64,000 bases of DNA from Gemmatimonadales bacterium (GCA_036262935.1 DATAHW010000089.1:16084-80083), one strand, 5' to 3'. Positions 35,401 to 44,239 are shown, counted from the first letter of the stretch. Numbers and translations are program-made. Notes: generated by a model from the sequence alone, not told the origin.

Positions 35401-36242
35401 GTCTCGGCTCGCTCGGCGCCGTCCTCGCCGACCGGGGCCAGCTCCAGCAGGTGCTCATCAATCTGGCCCTCAATGCGCGCGATGCCATGCCCCGCGGCGG
35501 CCGGTTCACGGTCGAGACCGCGGCCGGCGAGCTCGCCGACGCGGATGCCGCCGAGCACCCCGAGGTCCGCTTGCGGTTCGGACTCCACGCCCTCCTGCGC
35601 GTGAGCGACACCGGCCACGGCATGGACCGGGAAACGGCGAGTCACGTTTTCGAGCCGTTCTTCACCACCAAGGGCGTGGGCAAGGGGACCGGGCTCGGAC
35701 TCTCGACCGTATACGGCATCGTCAAGCAGTCGGACGGCTACGTGTGGGTGGATTCCGAGCCGGGAGAGGGCACCACCTTCCGGATCTATCTCCCCCTGGC
35801 CGGGGCGGCGCTCACGGCTGAAAGCGTGGCGGCGGATCACGCCGCGGGCGGCGAGGAGACCGTCCTGGTCGTCGAGGACGAGGTGCTGGTGCGGAGCCTC
35901 GCCGTGCGCGTGCTCGAGGGACGAGGCTATGAGGTGCTGGTGGCGGAGAGCGGCGAAGCGGCGCTCGATCTGCTGGACGCCCGTCCCGACCAGGTGCACC
36001 TCGTCGTGAGCGACGTCGCCATGACCGGGATCGGTGGGCGCGAGCTCGGCCGCCGGCTGGCCGAAGCGCATCCCGACCTGCCGGTCCTCTACATGAGTGG
36101 CTATCCGGCGGATGAGGCCGTGCGGAACGGTCTGCTGGAAGAACGGCAGCCCTTCATTCAGAAACCGTTCGCACCCGAAGCTCTCGCGGACGCGGTGCGC
36201 GCGCTGCTCGATCGCACGGTTGCGCGCCGGGTTCAGGCGTAG
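32436..36242 (+). CDS. Double hybrid sensor histidine kinase: PAS-GAF-HisKA-HATPase-REC-PAS-HisKA-HATPase-REC
   Basis: H-box 1 is FFSNVSHEFRTPL with G-box GTGIGLSLV. REC1 has ADDNADM..LVISDVMMPGLDG..KPF. H-box 2 is AGGIAHEVNNMM with GTGLGLSTVYGIV. REC2 has LVVEDE..LVVSDVAMTG. GTG start. Confidence 0.9.
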   Translation: MTVPDDSPEPAIELPAAAAPPNGGVMGRLIRQKDWSATPLGPIHAWPQSLRTAVGICTESRYPMAIWWGPGIVQLYNDGYIPVLGAKHPHALGQNGRECWAEIWDLVGPFYTQVMVRGEPTWSDDLLLPMDRYGYVEETYFTFSYSPIRDESGGVGGLLITCAETTPRVVGERRLGTLRDLGARTGDARTVRAACDLAMGILAQNTADVPAAALYLLDPAMPIARLAGRAGPPEALPLAAAALDVSAASPSPLARVFETGQAAVLHPEGSAELIVLPVAGAARTTPVGVLLAAANSRRRLDDSYRGFFELIAGHIASAIANALAYEEAERRAEVLAELDRAKTAFFSNVSHEFRTPLTLLLGPLEDALLDTGEPLPARQRDRVEVAHRNSLRLLRLVNTLLDVARLEAGRMEAAFEPVDLAALTADLASGFRSAAERTGLRFTVECAPLAEAVFVDRDMWEKIVLNLLSNALKFTVRGEIGVRLTPLDGSVRLEVRDTGVGIPAEELPRIFERFHRVREARGRSLEGTGIGLSLVQDLVKLHGGAIEVASVPSQGSTFRVILPTGRAHLPADQIGEPGGRSAGAIGPAAYVEEALRWLPSDAPASGRQGARIVLADDNADMREYVVRLLGEGWRVEAVVDGREALEAVRRELPDLVISDVMMPGLDGFALLAALRADTSTRSLPVILLSARAGEEARVEGLRAGADDYLVKPFTARELLARVESMLTLARVRRESEAAVRASEERYRAFVELTSDAVWRIELEGPVPVAQSADEQIDRIYQHAWLAECNDAMAHMYGVASAAELTGARLGELLPRTDPANLAYLHAFIANSYRLIDAESNEVGLDGRPRYFVNNLFGIVEDGGLVRVWGSQRDITERRRTMERLQRAQRMESVGKLAGGIAHEVNNMMSVVLGCSEFVLRRPDLDPAVRADVEQVRQAAERSAAITAQLLAFGRRQMLQPVPLDLNAVVRELEPVLRRTLGESATVELRLGSLGAVLADRGQLQQVLINLALNARDAMPRGGRFTVETAAGELADADAAEHPEVRLRFGLHALLRVSDTGHGMDRETASHVFEPFFTTKGVGKGTGLGLSTVYGIVKQSDGYVWVDSEPGEGTTFRIYLPLAGAALTAESVAADHAAGGEETVLVVEDEVLVRSLAVRVLEGRGYEVLVAESGEAALDLLDARPDQVHLVVSDVAMTGIGGRELGRRLAEAHPDLPVLYMSGYPADEAVRNGLLEERQPFIQKPFAPEALADAVRALLDRTVARRVQA

Positions 36243-37306
36243 ACCGTCACACCCGTCGCCTTGAACGTGGCGAAGACCGGGAGCCCTTCCCGGAGCCCCA
36301 ACGACCCGACCGCCTCCCGCGTCACCTCGGCGACCAGCATCGGCCGGGTGCCCAGGACCACCCGCACCCGCTCACCCGCCGGCGCGTCCGGCACCAGCTC
36401 CACGATCGGTCCATGGAAGACGTTCTGGGCGCTCCCCTCCGGGTGCTCGCGGAAGAGCGTGATTTCCCGCGGGCTCACAGTCAGGAATACGTCGCCCGGG
36501 CCGGGGAGGTCCGAGACCGCGATCTCCCCCTCCGCGGTCCGGACCGATGACCCGTCGCGGTCGCATGGCGTCCCCCGCTGGCCGATGAACAGATTGGTCC
36601 CCATCAGCTCCGCCACGAACGGCGAGCGCGGGTAGCGGAGCAGCTCCTCCCGCGGGCCCGCCTGGGACACCCTGCCTCGCTCGAGCACCACGATCCGGTC
36701 GCCGAAGACCAGCGCCTCCAGCGGGCTGTGCGTCACGTAGAGCGTGATGCACGGGAGCCGCGCGAGCAGCTTGCGGAGCTCGGTGCGCACCGTGCCGCGG
36801 GTCCGCATGTCGAGCGCGGCCAGCGGCTCGTCGAGCAGCAGCAGCCGCGGTGCCGGCGCCAGCGCCCGCGCGAGCGCCACCCGCTGCTGCTCCCCGCCCG
36901 AGAGCTGGCGCGGCTGCCGGCGGCCCAGCTCCGCCACGCCGGCCGTGGCCAGCGCGCCCCGCACGCGCTCGCGCCGGATAGCCGGCGGCAGCCGGCGGTC
37001 GCCCAGGCCGAAGGCCACGTTCTGCTCCACGCTGAGGTGGGGGAAGAGCGCGTAGTCCTGGGGGACGTAGCCCACATCGCGCCGCCACGGTGGCAGCAGA
37101 AGGGCGCGCTCGGTATCCACCCAGGGACGGCCGTCAACCGTCACCACCCCGTGCGCCGGGCGATCGAGGCCCGCGAGCAGCCGCAGCACGGAGGTCTTGC
37201 CCGCGCCGCTCTCGCCCACGAGCACCGTGGTGGTGTTCGGTTCGGCAGCGAGATCGACGTCGAGCGTGAACTCGCCGCGGCGGTCAGCGAGCCGGGCGGC
37301 GAGCAC
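36233..37306 (-). CDS. modC: Molybdate ABC transporter ATP-binding protein with a C-terminal TOBE domain
   Basis: Walker A GESGAGKT, signature LSGGEQQRVALARAL, Walker B LLLDEP, and a C-terminal TOBE-like segment. The 3' end overlaps the kinase 3' end by 10 nt (convergent). Confidence 0.9.
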   Translation of the reverse strand: MLAARLADRRGEFTLDVDLAAEPNTTTVLVGESGAGKTSVLRLLAGLDRPAHGVVTVDGRPWVDTERALLLPPWRRDVGYVPQDYALFPHLSVEQNVAFGLGDRRLPPAIRRERVRGALATAGVAELGRRQPRQLSGGEQQRVALARALAPAPRLLLLDEPLAALDMRTRGTVRTELRKLLARLPCITLYVTHSPLEALVFGDRIVVLERGRVSQAGPREELLRYPRSPFVAELMGTNLFIGQRGTPCDRDGSSVRTAEGEIAVSDLPGPGDVFLTVSPREITLFREHPEGSAQNVFHGPIVELVPDAPAGERVRVVLGTRPMLVAEVTREAVGSLGLREGLPVFATFKATGVTVYA

Positions 37307-38072
37307 GGACCAGGAGGAGGACGACGACGGAGACGCCGAGCAGCAGCACCGAGAGCGCTACGGCGGCTTCCAGGTCGGTCTGCAGCGCGAGATAGACGGC
37401 GAGCGGCATCGTCTGGGTGACTCCGGGAAGATTGCCCGCGAAGGTAATGGTGGCGCCGAACTCGCCCAGCGCACGCGCCCAGCTCATGGCCGCGCCGCCG
37501 AGGAGGGAGGGTAGCGCGAGCGGGAGCATCACCCGCGCGAAGGTGCGCGCCGGTGGGCTCCGCAGGGTCGAAGCCATGTCGAGGTAGCGGCGATCCACTT
37601 CCGCGAGCCCGGTGCGCGCGGCACCCACGAAGAACGGCGCGGAGACGAACGCCTGTGCCACCACGACGCCCACCGTGGTGAACGGCAGCGTGAGGCCCAC
37701 GGCGCGCAGCACTCCGCCCGCGAGCCCGGCGCGGCCGAACGCCGCCAGCAGGGCTACCCCGGCGACGGTTGGCGGCAGGACCAATGGCAGATCGACCAGG
37801 AGCTCCACCGCGCGCTTGCCGGGGAACCGGCGTGTGGCGAGCAGATAGGCCAGTGGGAGGCCGAGCGCCACAACGAGCGCCGTCGCGCCCGCGCTCGTGA
37901 TCAGGCTCAGGCGAAGCGCCTCCAGCACAAGCGGCTCGCGCAGCCGCTGCAGGAGCGCCGCCGGAGGCACCCGGAGCACCAGCGCGGCGAGCGGCAGCAC
38001 CAGCAGCACCAGCAGCCCGGCGGCGGCGCCGGCCACGAGCAGCCGCAGAAGCTGGGCGCGAAGCGCCCTCAC
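37284..38072 (-). CDS. modB: Molybdate ABC transporter permease
   Basis: Contains VDLPLVLPPTVAGVALLAAFGR (ModB/CysTW signature). Operon position is between modA and modC. Confidence 0.9.
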   Translation of the reverse strand: MRALRAQLLRLLVAGAAAGLLVLLVLPLAALVLRVPPAALLQRLREPLVLEALRLSLITSAGATALVVALGLPLAYLLATRRFPGKRAVELLVDLPLVLPPTVAGVALLAAFGRAGLAGGVLRAVGLTLPFTTVGVVVAQAFVSAPFFVGAARTGLAEVDRRYLDMASTLRSPPARTFARVMLPLALPSLLGGAAMSWARALGEFGATITFAGNLPGVTQTMPLAVYLALQTDLEAAVALSVLLLGVSVVVLLLVRARRPAR

Positions 38073-38851
38073 GGCGCCGGGGCGGACAACAGCCCATGAC
38101 GCTCGAGCACGCGCTGTCCCTCGGCGCCGAGGGCCGCGTCCACGAACGCCCGGGCGTCCGCCGGGTTGCCGGCGGCGGCGAGGACAGCTATCGGATACTC
38201 CGCCACCGCGTTCTGGTCTGCCGGGATCTCGAGCATCCGGACGCGCCGGGCCACGGCCGGCGTCACATCCGATCGGTATGCCACCCCTGCGTCCGCCTCG
38301 CCCAGTTGCACCCGGGCCACCACGGCTTTCACGTTCTCTTCGTTCGACACCACGTTGGCGAGCGCATCGCGCGCGAAGCCGGCGGGAAAGCCCGGCGCCT
38401 CGCCCAGTCGCGCGAGCACCTCACGGGCGTACCGCCCCGCAGGCACCACCTCGGCCGCGAGCACCAGCTTGACGCCGGGCCGCGCGAGATCCTGGAGTCG
38501 CTCGATCCGTCCCGGATTGGACGTGGGCACCACGACCACGAGCCGGTTCCGGGCGAACACCTTCGGCACGCCCGCGACCAATTCCCGCTCCAACGCGAAG
38601 CGCATCCAGCGCTCATCGGCCGAAGCGAAGACGTCGGCCGGGGCTCCGAGCTCGAGCTGCGCCGCGAGCTGCTGCGAGCCCGCGAAGTTGAACCGGATCG
38701 AGAGGCCGGGCCGGCTGCGCTCCACCAGCGTGCCGAGGTCGCCGAAGGCATCGCCGAGTGATGCGGCGGCGAAGACGGTGAGCGTCCGGGATGCCGGTCC
38801 GCGGGATGGCACGAGCGCGAGCGCGAGCAGCGCGAGGAGCCCGGCCTTCAC
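38069..38851 (-). CDS. modA: Molybdate-binding periplasmic protein
   Basis: Signal peptide, then LTVFAAASL..AF and FNFAGSQQLAAQLE.GAPADVFASAD, ModA-like throughout. Confidence 0.88.
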   Translation of the reverse strand: MKAGLLALLALALVPSRGPASRTLTVFAAASLGDAFGDLGTLVERSRPGLSIRFNFAGSQQLAAQLELGAPADVFASADERWMRFALERELVAGVPKVFARNRLVVVVPTSNPGRIERLQDLARPGVKLVLAAEVVPAGRYAREVLARLGEAPGFPAGFARDALANVVSNEENVKAVVARVQLGEADAGVAYRSDVTPAVARRVRMLEIPADQNAVAEYPIAVLAAAGNPADARAFVDAALGAEGQRVLERHGLLSAPAP

Positions 38852-39249
38852 GGCGCGCCCGCGCCTCGGCCGAGCATGACCTCAGTGGATTTGATCAGGG
38901 CGAATACCTCATCACCCGCTGCCAGCCCGAGCCGCTCTGCCGACCCGCGCGTGATGATCGAGACCAGCTCCTGCTCGCCCACCCGGAGAAGAACCTCCGC
39001 CATGACGCCATCGACGGTGACCGACAGAACGCGGCACCGAAGCTGGTTGCGGGCGCTGATGTCGAGTCCCGGCCGCGGATGGTCCCCCAGGCCACTCAGC
39101 CCCAGCAGCCGTTCGAGGTCGCGCCGCTCGAAGAGCCACTTGCGGCCGATGCGCCGGCCGGGGAGCTTGCCGCCGCGCGCGAGGGCCTGGACCCGTTTGA
39201 CGTTGAGATGAAGCAGATCGGCCGCTTGTTCGGCGCTCAGAAGTTCCAT
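38848..39249 (-). CDS. Excisionase/MerR-type HTH fused to a TOBE (molybdate-binding Mop) domain; putative molybdate-responsive regulator
   Basis: MELLSAEQAADLLHLNVKRVQALARGGKLPGRRIGRKWLFERRDLERLL is the HTH. The C-terminal ARNQLRCRVLSV...GDEVFALIKSTEVML is TOBE-like. 4-nt overlap with modA. Confidence 0.75.
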   Translation of the reverse strand: MELLSAEQAADLLHLNVKRVQALARGGKLPGRRIGRKWLFERRDLERLLGLSGLGDHPRPGLDISARNQLRCRVLSVTVDGVMAEVLLRVGEQELVSIITRGSAERLGLAAGDEVFALIKSTEVMLGRGAGAP

Positions 39250-39311
39250 AAGTATCTCTATGGTACTTGAGCGCACGCACTCAGGCTAGTGAGGAAGCGT
39301 GGAGAGCGCCT

Positions 39312-39776
39312 TCAGTCCGGATGTCGCTCGAATCGGACGAAGACGTGGACGATGATCAACTGGAGCACCGTGGCGCCCGCGGCCAGGAGGAAGTGGCCCA
39401 GCCCCGCCGCGATTCCGATGGCCGCCGTGGACCAGATGGAACCGGCCGTGGTCAGGCCGGACACCCGCCCCTCGGCCTTGGTGATGATGCCGCCGCCCAG
39501 GAACCCGACGCCGATGGCAATCGCCTGAATCACCCGGATCGGGTCGGGCCGGATCGCCTGGTCGCCGCTGCGGGCGTCGATGACGGCGATGGCGCCAAGT
39601 GCGGTGTAGAGCGCCGCGGCCAGGGCGACGAGCATGTGGGTCCGGAGGCCGGCGGACTTGCCGGCCTGCTCCCGCTCCCAGCCGAGCGGTGCCGCGAGCG
39701 CGGCGGCCACGACCAGACGCAGCAGGAGCAGCGCCTCCGCATCGAGGTTCGGAGTGAGTATCGAAGGGGTCAGCAC
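39312..39776 (-). CDS. mgtC: MgtC/SapB-family membrane protein
   Basis: Contains LLLRLVVAAALAAPLGWERE..GK.AGLRTHMLV and GGGIITK, MgtC N-terminal domain signatures. Confidence 0.85.
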   Translation of the reverse strand: MLTPSILTPNLDAEALLLLRLVVAAALAAPLGWEREQAGKSAGLRTHMLVALAAALYTALGAIAVIDARSGDQAIRPDPIRVIQAIAIGVGFLGGGIITKAEGRVSGLTTAGSIWSTAAIGIAAGLGHFLLAAGATVLQLIIVHVFVRFERHPD

Positions 39777-39909
39777 GGGAAGGATCGGCGGTTCGGGTTT
39801 CGCGGCGCGGTCGGCATGAGCGCTCCTGAAGGTCTGCCTTCAGGCTACCGCGTTGGGACCCCCGCGGCTGTGCCCCGGGGCACTGGAGCGCCCAGGGCTG
39901 ACGCGCAGC

Positions 39910-40977
39910 TCAGCTCCCGCGCCCCGTCGTCAGCAGCTCGCGCAGCGGATGTCCCCGGAAGATGGGCTGCAGCGCAAAGTAGCGGGCCATGAGTCGGGTC
40001 CCCGGCACGAGCAGATCGTAGTGGTCGAGGGTGACGGTCTGAGCCGCCGGGTCGCCTGTGGCGGCGGTCGTCAGGAGGAAATGCACGGCGAACGCAGCCG
40101 CCTCGGCCTGCTGCTCGCGCGGGTTGCCGTAGCCGTAGCGCTTCGGATCCTTGATCGGTGCGACCCCGCGCCAGAGCGTGGCGAGCTGCGTGCCCGAGTG
40201 TGCCTGCCAGCGGTGCGCCAGCTCGTGCGCCAGGGTGTGCCGGAGCTGGGCGACGCTCGCCATGCCGGCCGGGTCAAGCGCCAGCGAGTCCCGGGTGGCG
40301 ATGTACTCGCCGAGGCGCCCGGCCGCCCGTCCGCGTGCGCCGACCAGACCCGCGGCCCGCGCCGGCCGGCCGAAGATCGCGTACAGCGTGTCGGCGTACG
40401 CGCCGGTCACGATGGAACCCACCAGGCGGCGCGCCCCCGGACCGTCCGTGCCGCCCACCAGCGCTCCCTCACCGCGCCACTCCCTTGACGCAAGACTGTC
40501 GAGCCATGCCGGGTGGCGTGCCACGTCGACGAGCGGCCCCGGCGCCTCGGTCTCGAACACGCCTCCATCCACTCGAAACAGATACGCGGGGCTGCCGAGT
40601 CCCTGATCGACGTACGCGAGTGAAATGGCCGACGCGCGCCACCGGCCGCGGGGCGACGCACGCACCGGTCCGACCACCGGGAGTACGGCGGTGTAGCGGC
40701 CGTCGCTCGAGCGGAACACCAGGCCGGTGTCGGTCACGAGCATGACGCCGGCGAGTGGCGGCAGCCCGCGGGGTGAGAGGTACCCGATCACCATGGCGCC
40801 CAGTGCGGCGCGTCCGCCGCGCTCCGGGCGCCGCGAATCGGAGAGCCGCACCCGCAACGTGTCCTCCCGGCCATCCATGGCGACGTAGCCCCGCTCCCCC
40901 GCCGTGCGGAGAGAGATTCCGCCGGCCAGTGCGAGTGTCGCGAGTGCGGCCGAGACCAGCGCGCGGCGCGCCGTCAA
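39910..40977 (-). CDS. Secreted or membrane-anchored HExxH protein (putative zinc peptidase), unknown family
   Basis: HTLAHELAHRW motif and an N-terminal hydrophobic segment. TTG start overlaps the upstream small ORF stop (TTGA), so the start is uncertain. Confidence 0.6.
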   Translation of the reverse strand: MTARRALVSAALATLALAGGISLRTAGERGYVAMDGREDTLRVRLSDSRRPERGGRAALGAMVIGYLSPRGLPPLAGVMLVTDTGLVFRSSDGRYTAVLPVVGPVRASPRGRWRASAISLAYVDQGLGSPAYLFRVDGGVFETEAPGPLVDVARHPAWLDSLASREWRGEGALVGGTDGPGARRLVGSIVTGAYADTLYAIFGRPARAAGLVGARGRAAGRLGEYIATRDSLALDPAGMASVAQLRHTLAHELAHRWQAHSGTQLATLWRGVAPIKDPKRYGYGNPREQQAEAAAFAVHFLLTTAATGDPAAQTVTLDHYDLLVPGTRLMARYFALQPIFRGHPLRELLTTGRGS

Positions 40978-41195
40978 CGCTGGGCCAGGCTCCCTCCGTC
41001 GGCCGCTGCGGGGGCCGACGCAGCGCTCGCCGGGTCGACCCAGGTCGACTGGATGAGCAGAAAGGTGAGTGCCAGGATCAGGAACAGCATCGAGCCGAGG
41101 ACCGCGAACGCGGTCCGCTCGGAGACCGGCGCTGGCGGCGCGGCGGGCGAGGTCGCGGGGACGGCTGGAGCGGAGACGCTGCTGTCGGCGGACAC
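40974..41195 (-). CDS. Small single-TM protein (73 aa)
   Basis: GTG start, a P/A-rich N-terminus, then a TM segment AFAVLGSMLFLILALTFLLI. GC3-rich codons, coupled to the downstream gene. Confidence 0.45.
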   Translation of the reverse strand: MSADSSVSAPAVPATSPAAPPAPVSERTAFAVLGSMLFLILALTFLLIQSTWVDPASAASAPAAADGGSLAQR

Positions 41196-41236
41196 GATGG
41201 GGTCTCGTTGAGCCTGCGGGGGAAGGGTGAGTGACG

Positions 41237-42781
41237 TCAGCCGGGGATGCGAAGCCGAGTCCCGGCGCGGAGTGCCTGATCGCCGGGCAGCGCGTTCACC
41301 CGGCGGATCGAGCGGACCGTCGTGTGGTACTTCCGGGCGATGCCGCTCAGCGTCTCGCCGCGGCGTACCCGGTGCAGGGTGGCGGTTGCCGGTCCCACGC
41401 GCTCGGCGCCCATGGTGCCCGTGGCGCGCATGGCCAGCGCGGAGGGCACCGCGACGGCCGGAATGACGAGCCGCGTCCCCTTGGCGACGCGGGTGCCTTT
41501 GATCCGCGGGTTGGCGGCCTGGACGTCGCGAGTCGGCAGGTGATAGCGCCCGGCTACGGTCGACAGCCGCTCGCGGCGGCGGGCCACGTAGCTGAGGTAA
41601 TGCACCCGCGCCTTCGGGCTCAGCTTCGCGTACCGGGCGGAGACCTGGGCGCCGGTCCCCTCGGGCAGGCGGATGACCATCGTGGCGCGAGGCGGCGTAA
41701 CCAGCCGGAGATACTGCGGGTTGAGCTCCTGCAGTTCGGCCACGCCGGCGTCCGCCAGCCGGGCAATGACGTCGAGTCCGGTGGCATCGGTGACCACCAG
41801 CGAGTCGTAGGTGAACGGCGCCGGGACCGCGATGGGGAAGCCGTAGCGCAGCGGGTCTTTCGCGATGATCGCCGCGGCGATGAGCTTGGGCACGTAGTCC
41901 TGGGTCTCGGCCGTCAGGAGATCGGTCGAGGCCAGGCGAAAGAACGCGGCGTCACTGGTCGGGTCGGGCGGGGTGGCCGCCTCCGCGTCGGCGCCCGCCT
42001 CCTCGACATCGGCGAGTGCGGCGCTGCTGTCGTCGGCGGATGCGGAATCATCCGTGAGGTCGGTGCTGTCGGCCGGTACCTGCTCGGCAGGCGTCTCCCA
42101 CTCGAGCTTGCCGAGGCTGCGGGAGACCTTGCCGGCGCCGGCGTTGTAGGCGGCGGCCGCCAGGTAGAGCGAGCCGAACCGCTGGCGCAGGTCGCGTAGA
42201 TGGCGGGCGGCGGCGTCGGTGGCCTTCACCGGATCGCGCCGCTCGTCCACCCATGAGTCCACGCGGAGTCCGTATCCCTGGCCCGTGGGACGCATGAACT
42301 GCCACATCCCCACGGCAAAGGAGCGGCTCACCGCCTGGCTCGAGTAGCCGCTCTCGATCAGCGCGAGATAACCCAGATCGCCGGGGAGCCCCTCCGCCTG
42401 AAAGCGCGCGCGGATCATGGGCTCGAATCGCGCGGCCCGGGTGAGAAAGATCTCCATCCGCCCACGCGCCGCGCCCTGGAAGTAATCGAGGTAGTAGCGG
42501 ACCCGTGGATGCGAGGCGTAGGACTGGACGTCGATATCCCAGCTCACGCCGCGCGCGTCGAACGCGGGAACGACGGCATCGTCCGGCGTCGCCGCGGCCA
42601 GGTCGTTGAGTACGACGGCGTCTGCCGCCGAGCTCTCGTGGGTCGGTGCGCTCGGATCGAAGATGGAAAGCAGGGAGTCGTTGATGCCGGCGGCCATCGG
42701 GGCCATGGCCGGGGCCGGGGGCAGTCCGGTTGCGCAGGCCGCCAATCCCGCGAGCGTACAGGCGAGGAGCAGTCGCGTCAT
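41237..42781 (-). CDS. mltD: Membrane-bound lytic murein transglycosylase D-like lipoprotein (SLT domain plus 2 LysM)
   Basis: MTRLLLACTLAGLAAC lipobox. SLT core is ALIESGYS...GMWQFM. Two C-terminal LysM repeats (Y.V.RGE.LS.IA..Y type). ORF trimmed from 42835. Confidence 0.85.
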   Translation of the reverse strand: MTRLLLACTLAGLAACATGLPPAPAMAPMAAGINDSLLSIFDPSAPTHESSAADAVVLNDLAAATPDDAVVPAFDARGVSWDIDVQSYASHPRVRYYLDYFQGAARGRMEIFLTRAARFEPMIRARFQAEGLPGDLGYLALIESGYSSQAVSRSFAVGMWQFMRPTGQGYGLRVDSWVDERRDPVKATDAAARHLRDLRQRFGSLYLAAAAYNAGAGKVSRSLGKLEWETPAEQVPADSTDLTDDSASADDSSAALADVEEAGADAEAATPPDPTSDAAFFRLASTDLLTAETQDYVPKLIAAAIIAKDPLRYGFPIAVPAPFTYDSLVVTDATGLDVIARLADAGVAELQELNPQYLRLVTPPRATMVIRLPEGTGAQVSARYAKLSPKARVHYLSYVARRRERLSTVAGRYHLPTRDVQAANPRIKGTRVAKGTRLVIPAVAVPSALAMRATGTMGAERVGPATATLHRVRRGETLSGIARKYHTTVRSIRRVNALPGDQALRAGTRLRIPG

Positions 42782-42990
42782 GCGGCGCGTATCGGGGACT
42801 GCGGGGTTACGGATGGACGGAGATTGCGGCGGCAACTACGCAGGAAACGGGCCGTCTGGCGGCCGCGCGAAAGTATCGACGAGGCAATCGTTTGAGCGCG
42901 CTCGGTAGCGCACGTGCGCGCCGTCCCTCACGCAAAAACTCGGGCCGACGGCAAAACGCGTCCTGCCGCCTCGAACCGAGGCAGCCCGCC

Positions 42991-43038
42991 AATGAAGTGA
43001 AGGGGGCGTACCCGAAGGCACGCCCCCTTCACTTCATT
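42991..43038 (-). terminator. Perfect 19-bp stem-loop downstream of the orphan gene (no U-tract)
   Basis: aatgaagtgaagggggcgt (42991-43009) and acgcccccttcacttcatt (43020-43038) flank a 10-nt loop containing cttcgg on the minus strand. Confidence 0.45.
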
Positions 43039-43064
43039 CGGCCGGGTCGCTCACCCGCGCCGAC

Positions 43065-44114
43065 TCAGGCCGCCGACTGCCCGCGGTTGGCTTTCCGCGT
43101 CTCGACCTGTCGCTTCAGCCAGTCGATCTGATCCTTGATGGTCTGCCGGGTGGCCTTGCTGGCCAGCCACTCGAGCGCTCGGCGGCGCTCTTCTTCGCTG
43201 AACACCGGCGACTCGGCGAGCCGCTGGTAGAAGGCCACCTGCTTTTCGGTCGGGGCGTACGGCCCGACGCGAGCAACGACCTCCGCCGGCGCCGACGCGG
43301 GTGCGGTGCGCTCGACCTGCACTTCGGCCGCCGCCACCGGAGGCACGGGCGCGGACGGCTGCGCCTTGGAGATGCCGCGCAGCGTACCGGGCTGCGCCTC
43401 CACCACCCGTGTCTGGCCGCCCTGCCGCGCGCTTGCGATGACCTGCGCGCGCACGTTGCCGGGGATGAGACGGAAGCGAGCGTTCCGCGCCGCCTTCATG
43501 GCACCCGCTTCGTACCAGTGCGGGTTGAGCTGACGCTCGCGCTGGACGCTGATCTCTTCGCCGGCGAGAATCTGACGGACGAAATCGCGGATGGCGGGCT
43601 CGCTGAAGTTCTCCGCCATCCACGCCAGGTAGTCCCGGCCGTCGGCGGTGGCGAGCAGCTCGCGGTAGGTGCGACCCCGGTACTTCTTGCTGGGCACCCG
43701 AGCGTCGAGGTCGAGCTGAGCCGGCTCGTAGAAGAGCGGCTGGCGCTTGACGCCGATGACCTGGTCGAGCCGGACCTCCTGCCCGGCAGGCGACACCGCG
43801 AACCGCGCGGCCTTGACCTTGAAGAGCGCTTCGCGGTCCTCGCCCTCGCCGATGACCTCGTACTGCAGGTCTTCCTCGCGGATCACCTGACCCTGCGACA
43901 CCAACGCCATGCAGCACTCATCCACGCCCGTCTTGGAGAGCCCGACGACCTCCTGGCCCCCCTCCTTCACCACGTACACGAGGTCCGTGCCGGCGACCCC
44001 ATCGAGTTCCTTGCGCAGCGCCTCTTCGTCCATCCGGTCCATCAACTGAAATGGGTCCCAGGGCTGCGGTGCTGGCACCGCCGTGTCCGCGGGATTCGGC
44101 ATCGTTTCCGCCAT
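43065..44114 (-). CDS. Hypothetical cytoplasmic protein (349 aa), no family recognised
   Basis: ATG 44114 is preceded by ggagaacgagg. The track ORF start (44267) is actually the TTGACA -35 box. The C-terminal TEKQVAFYQRLAESPVF...IDWLKRQ helix-rich tail is distinctive. Confidence 0.7.
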   Translation of the reverse strand: MAETMPNPADTAVPAPQPWDPFQLMDRMDEEALRKELDGVAGTDLVYVVKEGGQEVVGLSKTGVDECCMALVSQGQVIREEDLQYEVIGEGEDREALFKVKAARFAVSPAGQEVRLDQVIGVKRQPLFYEPAQLDLDARVPSKKYRGRTYRELLATADGRDYLAWMAENFSEPAIRDFVRQILAGEEISVQRERQLNPHWYEAGAMKAARNARFRLIPGNVRAQVIASARQGGQTRVVEAQPGTLRGISKAQPSAPVPPVAAAEVQVERTAPASAPAEVVARVGPYAPTEKQVAFYQRLAESPVFSEEERRRALEWLASKATRQTIKDQIDWLKRQVETRKANRGQSAA

Positions 44115-44239
44115 GTGCCTCGTTCTCCTGATTCCTGTGCATGGGACCGCCGACGGGCGGCCCCTCCGGGTCCAACGGCTCGCCAAAACGCGGCCGTTTG
44201 CGTTGTCGATGACCGGGTGGTCTGTTCGACGTAAGTTAC

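Noticed and set aside
39250-39311. Molybdenum-cofactor riboswitch upstream of the mod operon
   Set aside because: The gap to mgtC is only 35-60 nt, too short for the roughly 130-nt Moco RNA motif, and none of its conserved helices is visible.
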